Under the pieces are notes generated by a model. It saw only the letters and a list, made by a program, of their open reading frames with translations. It made no database searches and was not told the DNA's origin. Below, in pieces: positions 10,550-19,881 of a stretch of DNA of 64,000 bases. Origin of the DNA: Candidatus Moraniibacteriota bacterium (GTDB lineage Bacteria > Patescibacteriota > Minisyncoccia > Moranbacterales > UBA1568). The stretch lies in the NCBI GenBank assembly GCA_013334245.1, contig JAAXXZ010000002.1, positions 21,166 to 85,165 of the forward strand. Direction: 5' to 3'. Every line of letters begins with the position of its first letter. The first letter of the stretch is position 1. The position numbers were made by a program, and so were the translations under genes.

Positions 10550-11104
10550 ATGAACCATATGATCATATTTGCCATCGTTGCTATTGTTGTCGTGTTGTGG
10601 GGGGTAGTCGTTTATAACCGTCTGGTCACGCTCAAGAACCGGACCGACGAGTCATGGAGCGATATCGATGTGCAGCTCAAGCGCCGGTACGACTTGATTC
10701 CGAATCTCGTGAACACGGTGAAGGGGTATGCCGCTCATGAAAGCGGGGTATTCGAGAAGGTGACCGAGGCACGGACTCGCGCGATGGACGCTGGGAGTCA
10801 GCAGGAGAAAGCGGAAGCGGAGAACGCTCTTGCCGGCACGCTGAAAAGCCTGTTTGCTGTCGCGGAGAACTATCCCGATCTCAAGGCGAATCAGAACTTC
10901 CTCGAATTGCAGCGTGAGCTGTCCGATACGGAAAACAAGATTCAGTCCGCCCGCCGCTTTTACAATGCGAATGTTAGGGATTTCAACACGCAGATACAGT
11001 CATTCCCGACGAATCTGGTCGCATCGGGACTCGGTTTTCCGAAGCGGGACTTCTTCGAGCTCGATGAAGAGGCGGCAAAGAAGCCGGTCGAGGTCGCATT
11101 CTAA
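10550..11104 (+). CDS. lemA: LemA family protein
   Basis: YNRLV..W..IDVQLKRRYDLIPNLV, ENYPDLKAN.NF. Confidence 0.96.
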   Translation: MNHMIIFAIVAIVVVLWGVVVYNRLVTLKNRTDESWSDIDVQLKRRYDLIPNLVNTVKGYAAHESGVFEKVTEARTRAMDAGSQQEKAEAENALAGTLKSLFAVAENYPDLKANQNFLELQRELSDTENKIQSARRFYNANVRDFNTQIQSFPTNLVASGLGFPKRDFFELDEEAAKKPVEVAF

Positions 11105-11194
11105 GGGCTTCACCCTGGAAAATACTCTCATTTTCGAGTATAAAGAAGAGGCGACTACCCGCCTCTTTTCCTATTCTTCACCTATTTCGCACGT

Positions 11195-12097
11195 ATGCCA
11201 TCCATTTATACCAGCTTCGATCGGAACAGTCGTCTCACCTGGGTCTATCTTACCGGATTTCTCGTCATCGTAATCGGCGCGGGATATGTGTTCGCGCAGG
11301 CACTCGATATGCCGAGTATCCTTCCGATAGCGGTCCTTTTCTCGGTCATCATGAGTTTCGGCTCATACTGGTGGAGCGACAAGATCGTGCTTTCCATGAG
11401 CGGCGCGAGGCAGATCGGTCCCGAAGACGATAAGGAGTTGTTTCGGGTCGTGGAAAACTTGTCCATCACGGCCGGGCTTCCCATGCCACGGATCTATGTC
11501 ATCGACGATACGGCGATGAATGCGTTCGCGACCGGCCGCGATCCGGAACATGGGGTGATCTGTTTCACGACGGGCATCCTTTCAAGGCTTGAAAAAGCCG
11601 AGGTCGAGGGCGTGGCTGCTCATGAACTCTCCCATATAGGTAATCGGGACACGCTCATTTCGACGGTTGTCGTCATTTTGGTCGGCTTCATCGCACTTCT
11701 TGCGGACTGGTTTCGAAATTCGCTCTGGTTCGGCCGGGATCGCGACGATGACAACGGAAATGGCCAGCTCCAGGTGATATTCTTTGTCCTAGCGATCATT
11801 CTGTCCATTTTGGCCCCGCTTGCCGCGACACTCATACAGCTGGCCATATCACGTAAGCGCGAATTCGTCGCTGACGCCTCGGGAGTTCTTCTGACCCGCT
11901 ATCCGGAAGGTCTTGCCTCCGCATTACGGAAGATTTCCGCGGATTCGGAACCGCTCGAGGCGGCGAATCGTGCCACGGCACACCTCTATATCGCCAATCC
12001 GTTCAAGGGAGGGAAGGGAGCGAAACTTTTTATGACCCATCCGCCGATCGAAGAGCGAATCGCGGCACTTCTTGGTGAACATGCAACTGACCACTGA
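11195..12097 (+). CDS. htpX: M48 zinc metalloprotease HtpX
   Basis: NAFATG, AHELSH, SRKREFVAD, THPP; follows lemA. Confidence 0.94.
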   Translation: MPSIYTSFDRNSRLTWVYLTGFLVIVIGAGYVFAQALDMPSILPIAVLFSVIMSFGSYWWSDKIVLSMSGARQIGPEDDKELFRVVENLSITAGLPMPRIYVIDDTAMNAFATGRDPEHGVICFTTGILSRLEKAEVEGVAAHELSHIGNRDTLISTVVVILVGFIALLADWFRNSLWFGRDRDDDNGNGQLQVIFFVLAIILSILAPLAATLIQLAISRKREFVADASGVLLTRYPEGLASALRKISADSEPLEAANRATAHLYIANPFKGGKGAKLFMTHPPIEERIAALLGEHATDH

Positions 12098-12181
12098 TAA
12101 CTGACAACTTACGACGTTCGGCTGTCATTGTATGTATATCGATACGTTTTCGTTGATAGTCGTCGGTTGTAAGTTGTGAGT
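12091..12181. repeat. Inverted pair of degenerate 7-mer tandem repeats
   Basis: actgata-actgaca-acttacg ... gtcgtcg-gttgtaa-gttgtga. Confidence 0.55.
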
Positions 12182-12188
12182 AGATGAT

Positions 12189-12680
12189 ATGCCGAACCAT
12201 CAGGATTTTCTCAAGATGGCCCGGGAGCGGCACGGAAAATTGTGCGGCGCCCCGAACCGTACGGTTCGGGGAGGCGTGTCGTTCACGCGCCATGCCGAAT
12301 ACAAGATGAAGCAGTACGGTTTGTCGGCGCAGCGGGTCCGAACGGTCATGCGGAACCCGAAGCGCATACAAGAGGGTGTTGCCAAGGATACGGTAGCCGT
12401 GATGCAACCGGTATCCACGCGGCGAAAGGATGGAAAGGAAACGTGGAGCCAGGAAATATGGGTGATGTACGTTCAACAGAAATCAGTTAACACGAAACAG
12501 AAAGCAGAAAACTCAGCATCCGGGGATTCCCGTTATCTGTTATCTGCTAACGGCTCTCTGCGAGTCATCAGCGCCTGGCGGTATCCCGGGGTAAGCCCTG
12601 CCGGGAACCCGATACCGGAGGATATTTTGCGTGAAATCGAGGAAGGGAGTATCTTTGAGGAAGAGGGAATAATCGGATAA
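12189..12680 (+). CDS. Hypothetical protein, DUF4258/RelE-like
   Basis: FTRHAEYKM..YGLS...V....P and VISAWRYPG. Confidence 0.6.
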   Translation: MPNHQDFLKMARERHGKLCGAPNRTVRGGVSFTRHAEYKMKQYGLSAQRVRTVMRNPKRIQEGVAKDTVAVMQPVSTRRKDGKETWSQEIWVMYVQQKSVNTKQKAENSASGDSRYLLSANGSLRVISAWRYPGVSPAGNPIPEDILREIEEGSIFEEEGIIG

Positions 12681-12690
12681 TAAACGAAAT

Positions 12691-13197
12691 ATGACCGAAG
12701 AAGTGAAGCAGGAGCCGAAGGCGGAAGAGACGAAGACCGGAGCGGCATCGGATGCGAAGAATATCCTCGCCCAGCTCGAGGCGATCCTCGACGAATATAT
12801 GGTGACGAAGGCCCCGTTCACGATTCCGGCGAACGGAAAGGAGCTGATCGTGAAGATCGCTCCGTATCTCGTGATTCTGAGCGCCATCATCGCGGTGCCC
12901 GCCATTCTTGCGGGGATCGGGCTGTCCGCATTTCTCGCTCCGTTCGCGATGCTCGCCGGGCATGTCGGCATAGCGGCATTCATCTCGCTCATCTTTGCGG
13001 CCGTCTCGCTCGTAATCGATATCATGGCCATCCCGGGCCTTTTCGGTCGGACGAAGAAGGGTTGGAGACTTACGTACTATGCGACCGTCGTGAGTCTTGT
13101 CGGCAATGTCCTTTCCTTCAACATCATCGGAGGAATCATCAGTGCCATCATCGGGTGGTTCATCCTCTTCCAGGTCAAGGACAAGTACGTGAACTAG
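12691..13197 (+). CDS. Hypothetical multi-pass membrane protein
   Basis: Several hydrophobic segments; terminator hairpin at about 13215-13243. Confidence 0.8.
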   Translation: MTEEVKQEPKAEETKTGAASDAKNILAQLEAILDEYMVTKAPFTIPANGKELIVKIAPYLVILSAIIAVPAILAGIGLSAFLAPFAMLAGHVGIAAFISLIFAAVSLVIDIMAIPGLFGRTKKGWRLTYYATVVSLVGNVLSFNIIGGIISAIIGWFILFQVKDKYVN

Positions 13198-13347
13198 CAG
13201 TTCATGTCGGTTCGAAAGCCGCTCCATATCGGAGCGGTTTTCTTTATCAGGCGGTTGTTCTTGACGGGAACGAGAATAGCATGTATAATGCGATTTCCTT
13301 AATATTATATACTTTTCTCAACCACTATCTCTACGGGAGTGTAAACC

Positions 13348-14376
13348 ATGGGCACTATCGAACAGCTATTTACCGCGATCGGCAAAATGCTGGACGCAAT
13401 TTTCGGAATTTTTAAAGGACAGGAAGTGCATGAGCCGCCCGTGCCTGTTTCGAAAGAGAAGGAGAGATCGGGTCCGGTTCGCTTTAAAAACGAGCCATTC
13501 ATGGCGAATTATGACAAATTTGGCGCTGAGCCGGTTAGGCTGACACCGATTGTCTACGATGAGGATTACAATTGCGGTGTGGGCATTGTCGGCCCTGACG
13601 GAAGCGGGTCAGTCTGGGGGCTCGTTGCTCCGCGAGATCTTGTTGCATCATGGAGAGCTACGGAAATACTCAGGAAGCTCAGTATCATCGAACATGGGAC
13701 ACTGTGTGCTTCATACTATGCGGGCCGACGAAATCCTCACGAAAGTGATCGTAAACGTTACGTCGAGCCGATAATCGGAATAATCGGCAGCGAGACCTAT
13801 GACAGTATCATGGCGATGCCGGTTCCCGAGCAGATTATCAGGGCTATTCTTGATTACCAGGACGCAGAGTTTTCGCCGAGCCTGTATCCGATAACCGAGG
13901 AAATCAAGGCAGGGACGATCAAGTGGCGTCAAGAGTTCGCTGATGCGGGAATCAATCATCCGGATGATGTTGAGATCGAGGAAGAAAGGAAGGCGGGAGT
14001 CATCGCCCGGTACGAACAGCTATTATGCGATTACGCGGAGCGACGTAAGCTTCCACGCGAGTGTCTGGGGATGAACCATGTCGAGGGCGCACTGCTGACG
14101 CTTTTAGATAAGGGGTTCAAAGAATCTTCCTCGCATTCGGACCGCACCCTTGTTGCTCTGTCTGGTATCGTCGGAGAGATTGCAAGCTTTGAGTTCTCAA
14201 TGTTTATGCTTCCCTTCGGTCCGCCGGAGGATTATCACGAAACGAAGAAAAAAGAAGCAATTGAGTTTTCCGCAAACTGGCTCTCAGAAGATGGAGAGAT
14301 GCGAAGAGAAGACGCGGAATGTTTTCTGGTCCTGCTGCTTGACGAATACTTCCCTACAGAGGAGATAGCCGGCTGA
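13348..14376 (+). CDS. Hypothetical protein
   Basis: 342 aa ORF with GGGAG RBS and an upstream TTGACG...TATAAT promoter. Confidence 0.75.
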   Translation: MGTIEQLFTAIGKMLDAIFGIFKGQEVHEPPVPVSKEKERSGPVRFKNEPFMANYDKFGAEPVRLTPIVYDEDYNCGVGIVGPDGSGSVWGLVAPRDLVASWRATEILRKLSIIEHGTLCASYYAGRRNPHESDRKRYVEPIIGIIGSETYDSIMAMPVPEQIIRAILDYQDAEFSPSLYPITEEIKAGTIKWRQEFADAGINHPDDVEIEEERKAGVIARYEQLLCDYAERRKLPRECLGMNHVEGALLTLLDKGFKESSSHSDRTLVALSGIVGEIASFEFSMFMLPFGPPEDYHETKKKEAIEFSANWLSEDGEMRREDAECFLVLLLDEYFPTEEIAG

Positions 14377-14493
14377 GATAACCCAAAATGAAAATCTGCC
14401 ACCAGTCTAACGACTCGTGGCGGTTTTTCATTTCATCGGTGACGGGCTATACTGGAATCATCGAAAAACAGTCAATCATAAACGGATACGGAT

Positions 14494-15924
14494 ATGAAAA
14501 ACACCAAGATTGTCACGACTATCGGCCCGGCATCGGAATCCAAAGAGATGCTCCGGGCGCTCGCGGAGGCCGGAATGAACGTCGTCCGTCTCAACTTCTC
14601 GCACAACGAACATGCGTGGCATCGCGATGTCATAAACCGTGTCCGGGAGATATCGCAGGAGCTGAATCAGCCGATAGGCATACTGGCGGATCTGCAGGGA
14701 CCCCGCATCCGCATCGGGAACGATGCGGAAGTCGCGGTAGCGGCTGGACAGTCGGTCCGTGTCAGCGATATCGGACATAAGGAGACGCTTTCCGCTTCGG
14801 ATCTTGCGACCGTCTTCCTCGATATAGCCGGCATATCCGATCCGCTCGAGGCGGGACATCAGGTGCTCATCGAGGACGGTACGATCCGACTCTCCGTCAC
14901 GGGCCGGGAGGAAAGGTGTGCCATCGCGACGGTGGAGACCGATGGACTGATACGGCCTCGCAAGGGCGTGAATCTGCCTGATTCCAAACTCGATCTGCCG
15001 ATTCTTTCCGAAAAGGACCGAAAAGACCTGTCGTTCGTCCTTAAGGAAGGAGTCGATTTCGTCGGTCTTTCGTTTGTCGGGTCGGCCCAAGACATCGAGA
15101 GCGCCCGTGAAGTCATGCGGGCCGAGCTGCCCGAAGGGGCGCGTCTGCCGGATATCGTTTCCAAGATCGAGCGCAAGGAGGCGATCAAGAACATCGACGC
15201 GATCATCAAGGCGACGGATGCGGTCATGGTGGCTCGCGGCGACCTCGGTATCGAAATGCCGGAGTCCGAGGTGACACTTCTGCAAAAGGATATCATCCGC
15301 CGAAGCCTTATGGCGGTGAAGCCGGTCATAGTAGCGACGCAGATGATGAAAAGTATGACGGAACAGCCGATCCCGACACGCGCCGAGGTGAGCGATGTGA
15401 CGAATGCGGTCGTGGATCATGCGGATGCCGTGATGCTTTCCGAAGAGTCGGCTATGGGCAAGTATCCTGCGGAGACCGTTTCCATGATGCGCGAAATCAT
15501 CACAAGGACCGAAGAGTCGCCGTTTGACGACGTGTATGACGCCTTGGACCTGAATATCCATTCCGAATACGCCACATTGATCCGGAGCGTGTACGAGCTG
15601 GCCAAGAGTTTCGAGACCAAGGCGATCCTGCTGCTTTCCATGAGTGGATTCACCGCCAAGCTCGCATCCCATTTCCGACCGGATACGGGTATCTTGGTCG
15701 CGACGAACGACCGTCGAACCTATGATCGCATGGCGCTTGTCTGGGGTGTGCGCCCGTACCTGTTCGATGGGGACAAGGATCTCGACAGCTTTATCGACAA
15801 GATGGTCGATTCGGCCAAGGAAGACGGAATCCTCGCGGCCGGTGATCAGACGGTCGTATTCCTCGGCCGCGTGCCCGGCAACCGCGATATGATGCGCCTT
15901 GTCGGAATCCGGGAAATCGGTTAA
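14494..15924 (+). CDS. pyk: Pyruvate kinase
   Basis: TKIVTTIGPAS, RLNFSH, DLQGP, SKIE, MVARGDLG, ATQMM, DAVMLS. Confidence 0.97.
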   Translation: MKNTKIVTTIGPASESKEMLRALAEAGMNVVRLNFSHNEHAWHRDVINRVREISQELNQPIGILADLQGPRIRIGNDAEVAVAAGQSVRVSDIGHKETLSASDLATVFLDIAGISDPLEAGHQVLIEDGTIRLSVTGREERCAIATVETDGLIRPRKGVNLPDSKLDLPILSEKDRKDLSFVLKEGVDFVGLSFVGSAQDIESAREVMRAELPEGARLPDIVSKIERKEAIKNIDAIIKATDAVMVARGDLGIEMPESEVTLLQKDIIRRSLMAVKPVIVATQMMKSMTEQPIPTRAEVSDVTNAVVDHADAVMLSEESAMGKYPAETVSMMREIITRTEESPFDDVYDALDLNIHSEYATLIRSVYELAKSFETKAILLLSMSGFTAKLASHFRPDTGILVATNDRRTYDRMALVWGVRPYLFDGDKDLDSFIDKMVDSAKEDGILAAGDQTVVFLGRVPGNRDMMRLVGIREIG

Positions 15925-15933
15925 TGGATCGGT

Positions 15934-16860
15934 ATGGAAATGGAATTCGGAGACGCTTCATCGGGAGAGGCACGGGAACAGGAGCGAAGTCGAAGGAGAC
16001 GTGTTTTTCTCGACTCTTGCGCACAGCGACTTCAGACGCTCGAACAGGACGGGGTGTTTCCGAGCGATTATATCGAGGCTCGGTTTGCGGCGGCAAAACT
16101 TTCATCTGGTGATTTCAAGAATCCAGAGGCCGAAGGCGAGTCGTTCGCGAGTCTTGGCGTGAAAGAACGGAAACGGTTTCTCAGCGCGATCGACACGTTG
16201 GTCGAAACCGTCCGTCCTGCGATTGTGAGGATAACAGGGAGGTTGGACGGGCTGGAGCTGAAGAAACTTTCTGGAATAATCTGGGGAGAAGCCTTACCGG
16301 TCAGCGTACATGATATCCGGAAATATCTTGAGCGGCCGTGGGAGGAGTTTCGGGATGCCGTGCGTTGCTGGAAAGAAGATCAGCTCTCTCTGCTTTTTGC
16401 AGTCGAAAATCCCGATTTGGACAGGCTTACCAGCGCCTATGGAGAGATGTTCGCGTGGAAGGACTCGTTATCGGATTCGCATGACGGATTAGATGAAGAT
16501 GACCTTACAACACCTCCCTCGGTCCGTATGTCGGAGGACGGATTGGAAAAACTCTTCTCGTTCGCCGAGGATCGACTGCTACGGAAGGCGGACGATTTTC
16601 GCGGACGGATAGAGGATATATTGGAGCTGAAGGAATCCGAAATTCTGCTCCTGCCGGAATTCGAAGAGTCGCTGTATGCGGAATACAGGAAGCTGAGTGA
16701 CAAGATGGATACCTTTCATGAGGATTCGGCGAAAGTGCGAAAGTGGTTCAGAATACTGGATCAGCTGACGGAAGATTCCCGATGGGATGACGTATTCAAG
16801 GCATTCGATCGGGCGATCGCGAGGGCTGCTCGACGCGGTTCGGGAGAAGAGCCTGTTTAG
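15934..16860 (+). CDS. Hypothetical acidic helical protein
   Basis: 308 aa ORF directly after pyk. Confidence 0.7.
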   Translation: MEMEFGDASSGEAREQERSRRRRVFLDSCAQRLQTLEQDGVFPSDYIEARFAAAKLSSGDFKNPEAEGESFASLGVKERKRFLSAIDTLVETVRPAIVRITGRLDGLELKKLSGIIWGEALPVSVHDIRKYLERPWEEFRDAVRCWKEDQLSLLFAVENPDLDRLTSAYGEMFAWKDSLSDSHDGLDEDDLTTPPSVRMSEDGLEKLFSFAEDRLLRKADDFRGRIEDILELKESEILLLPEFEESLYAEYRKLSDKMDTFHEDSAKVRKWFRILDQLTEDSRWDDVFKAFDRAIARAARRGSGEEPV

Positions 16861-16971
16861 GAGTCTTGCCGCGGGTAGAAAACCTGCTCTTGCTCGACGA
16901 GGAAAAATACGATAGGCTGTCTTTCTGGGGAGTCAGGGTATTTTGTTCGAAAAGCGCTTTTCTCCGGTGTA

Positions 16972-17091
16972 ATTGGAGAGGTGGCCGAGCCCTGTATCGT
17001 ACGGTACAGGGCCGAGTGGTTGCCCGTTCGTCACAGCGAACGGGTCCGCGCACTCCGCAAGGCGGAGATGTCGCAGAAAGGTGCACGCCTG
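16972..17091 (+). pseudogene. tRNA-Ser 5'-half copy interrupted by hairpin insertions
   Basis: attggagaggtggccgag is identical to 17139-17156; resumes as ggccgagtggttg, then aaggtgcacgcctg (tRNA has aaggcgcgcgcttg). Confidence 0.8.
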
Positions 17092-17141
17092 TCCGAATTC
17101 AGAAGTCGTCAGTTGTTCGTTGTCAGTCGTCAGTTACTATT

Positions 17142-17226
17142 GGAGAGGTGGCCGAGTGGTTGAAGGCGCGCGCTTGGAAAGCGCGTTAGGGGCAACTCTA
17201 CGCAGGTTCGAATCCTGTCCTCTCCG
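17142..17226 (+). tRNA. tRNA-Ser (anticodon GGA)
   Basis: GGAGAGG/CCTCTCC acceptor stem, anticodon loop TTGGAAA, long variable arm, GGTTCGAATCC T-arm; CCA not encoded. Confidence 0.95.
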
Positions 17227-17309
17227 CCTTCGCTACGCTGAAGCGTAGCTACGGCGTGACACAGTCCGCCGTAGAAACGCGAAAGCGAGGTTCGCAAGAG
17301 ATACACGAT

Positions 17310-17543
17310 ATGTATTACGTGTATAGTCTCAAATGCAAGGACGGGTATTATGTCGGGTGCACCGACGATTTGAAGGAACGCCTGAGCCGGCACCAGAACG
17401 GGTATGTTCCGGCGACCAAGAACCGTCTTCCGGTCGAATTGGATTTTTACGTCGCGATCCAAGAGAAATACAAGGCATTTGAATTCGAGAAATATCTCAA
17501 GTCCGGATCTGGTAGGGCATTCGTAATGAAGCATCTTCTTTAG
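17310..17543 (+). CDS. Small GIY-YIG nuclease family protein
   Basis: MYYVYSL..DGYYVGCT.DL..RL..H; A..FEKYLKSGSGR. Confidence 0.9.
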   Translation: MYYVYSLKCKDGYYVGCTDDLKERLSRHQNGYVPATKNRLPVELDFYVAIQEKYKAFEFEKYLKSGSGRAFVMKHLL

Positions 17544-17592
17544 AAATACGGCTCCCCTTAACGGGGAGTCGTATTTATTCGGTATTTGTGCA

Positions 17593-17706
17593 AGGATAGG
17601 ATTCGAAAGCCGGACCGTCAGAAGGCGGGAGGCGGGGTCGCGACCCCGAACGAGGTCTTCCGAGACCTAGCGTTCGGGAGTTGTGACAGAATCCTGTCCT
17701 CTCCGC
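17593..17706 (+). repeat. tRNA-Ser 3'-end-bounded structured element
   Basis: Starts with aggataggattcgaa (reverse complement of tRNA 3' end, 14/15) and ends with gaatcctgtcctctccgc (18-nt direct copy). Confidence 0.8.
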
Positions 17707-17818
17707 AGTGAAAGGAGTGCGGAGTTCCGAGGGGCACTCATGGCTATGAAATCGGATACGAAAATACGAAAAGAGGCGCTACCATTTCTGATAGCGCCTC
17801 GGTTTGAATAGGATCGGC

Positions 17819-18955
17819 CTATCTGGCCTTCAACTTTTCCAGCGCGGCCTTTATCTGCACGATGAGCGTGTCTCCCTTGAGGAGTACGCTTTCGTATGTG
17901 AACCAGCCGCCACGAAGGGTGAAGAGGTGTAGCCATTGGCCAAACTTCTTGATAATCCGCTGAATAAGCTTTCTGGGGGGATTCGACCGATAGACGTCGG
18001 CCGCGATGCGGATTCGGCCGCTTTCCGCTTCCTTGAACATGGCACCTTCGTCGACCAGGCGTCCCGCACTCGTGTTGACGAAGATACTACCATCTTGAAT
18101 GAGAGACAATTCTTCTCTCCCGATGATGGGTCGGCCGTATTCCTTGATATACTGTGACATCCGGTCATCGATCGAGATGCGGCCTTCTTGATCGACATTC
18201 GCGTATGGGGAAACATGGAGCGTGACGATGTCGGAAGTACGGAGAAGTGTCTCCAGGTCGGCGTAGCCGACGTGCTCATTTTCCAGTTCTTCCTTACGGT
18301 GCAGCGAGTAGTACAGGGCGTTCATGCCGTATCCCGTAGCGATACGTGCCACTCTCTGTCCGATCCGGCCGAACCCGATGATACCGATCGTCTTTCCTTC
18401 GAACGTGTGGTACGGGATGGCATCCATCTTCGGCACGAAGAGCGATGTCTTCAGGAGTTCGTATACCCACTTCCCGCTTGCGACGTCTTTTGCCTGCCTT
18501 GAAGGCATCCTGTAGAGCGTATGAAGCAGTGAAAACACGTATTCGGCGACGGCGGTGGTTCCGTAGTCGGGAAGGGAGGTGACCTCTATTCCCATCTCCT
18601 TCGCCAGTTCCAGGTTGATCCGGTGATTTACCAGGTTCGTCCAGAATCCGATGTAGCGTATCTGCGGATTATTCCGGAGGACCTCGTCAGGAATGTTGGT
18701 CCAGCAGGTAACGACCGCATCCGCACCGGATAAACGCCGGTTGAGTTCCTGATTTGTCACCTCCTCCATGGCGAGAGCCGTGAAGCATACCGCTCCCGGG
18801 TCATGCGCCTGCTCATGCTGCAGTTTTTCGGTTACTTGCTGCGGCGTCAGGCCTGAATATTCCACGACCTCGTCCGCCAAGGAACGAAGTGTTTTCCACT
18901 GATCTTCCGACAGGATGATCCTGTCGAGAACGACCATTTTTTCGAACTTATCCAT
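17819..18955 (-). CDS. D-isomer-specific 2-hydroxyacid dehydrogenase-like protein (atypical)
   Basis: YGTTAVAEY, GKTIGIIGFGRIG, SDIVTLH, FVNTS.G. Confidence 0.85.
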   Translation of the reverse strand: MDKFEKMVVLDRIILSEDQWKTLRSLADEVVEYSGLTPQQVTEKLQHEQAHDPGAVCFTALAMEEVTNQELNRRLSGADAVVTCWTNIPDEVLRNNPQIRYIGFWTNLVNHRINLELAKEMGIEVTSLPDYGTTAVAEYVFSLLHTLYRMPSRQAKDVASGKWVYELLKTSLFVPKMDAIPYHTFEGKTIGIIGFGRIGQRVARIATGYGMNALYYSLHRKEELENEHVGYADLETLLRTSDIVTLHVSPYANVDQEGRISIDDRMSQYIKEYGRPIIGREELSLIQDGSIFVNTSAGRLVDEGAMFKEAESGRIRIAADVYRSNPPRKLIQRIIKKFGQWLHLFTLRGGWFTYESVLLKGDTLIVQIKAALEKLKAR

Positions 18956-19006
18956 GATTGCCTCCGTTTGTTGTGCTGTTTGTGTGAATGCTGTAAGTAA
19001 TAAGAA

Positions 19007-19723
19007 TTAGAGAGTCAGATTCTTGAGATATCCTCCATCGACAGGAATTACTTTGCCCGTAATCCTTTCCTGGTTGCAAAGAGAATAGATTTCCCTCGCG
19101 ACCTCGATCGGTTCCAGTATCCTGCTTCCCAGAGAGTGACTGAGAAATTCCTCGATATCGCATTCGCCGTAAGCCTCTTCGATCATCGGCGTTCTGACCA
19201 GGCTGGGAGCGACACAGTTTGTGATAACGCCCTCGAGACCGAGGATAGCCTCTTCCATTTCCCTCTGGCATCCTTTTTCGAACGATGGAACAAGGGAGTC
19301 TGGCATGAGCGTGAAGAGCGAGCTGACCGCGCAGACATGCGTGATTCGACCCGGGTCCTGTGCTATGAGGCGGCGAATCAGTTCCACTCCGCCCATTTTC
19401 GTCGCCCGGTACGCCTCACGGTATGCTTCGTCTGCCGATCCGTCGCGCCTGAATATTCCGGCGCAGTGCACGATTTTGCTGATACCGAGCGGCTCGAGTC
19501 GCGGCAACAGTCCGTCGATTTCCTTTAGGTCGCTTACATCGAAAGAAATCCTCAGGGATCCATATAATTCGGGATTCGCGGCTATCTTGTTGATGTTTCT
19601 TCCGATGATGATGACTTTGTGATCCTCTCTGAAGAGGAGGGCCGTCGCAAGGCCTATTCCCGATGTTCCTCCGATGATCAGAACCACTTTCATGTGCTGA
19701 TCCGCCTCGTTCACGTGATGCAT
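19007..19723 (-). CDS. SDR family oxidoreductase (atypical)
   Basis: IIGGTSGIG, VHCAG, NCVAPSLVRT, ITGKVIPVDGG; GGAG RBS before ATG 19723. Confidence 0.85.
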   Translation of the reverse strand: MHHVNEADQHMKVVLIIGGTSGIGLATALLFREDHKVIIIGRNINKIAANPELYGSLRISFDVSDLKEIDGLLPRLEPLGISKIVHCAGIFRRDGSADEAYREAYRATKMGGVELIRRLIAQDPGRITHVCAVSSLFTLMPDSLVPSFEKGCQREMEEAILGLEGVITNCVAPSLVRTPMIEEAYGECDIEEFLSHSLGSRILEPIEVAREIYSLCNQERITGKVIPVDGGYLKNLTL

Positions 19724-19881
19724 TGTCTTCTCCGATTGGTTATGAATGAACGTTCCAACGCAGAATGGTAGCATCATCAGAACGAAAAGTCAATAGGAAA
19801 TGGCTTATAAGAAGCGCAATATTGACAACCGTATACAAAAGATATACACTAGGAATACGGAAATAGCCTGAATATGGCCGT

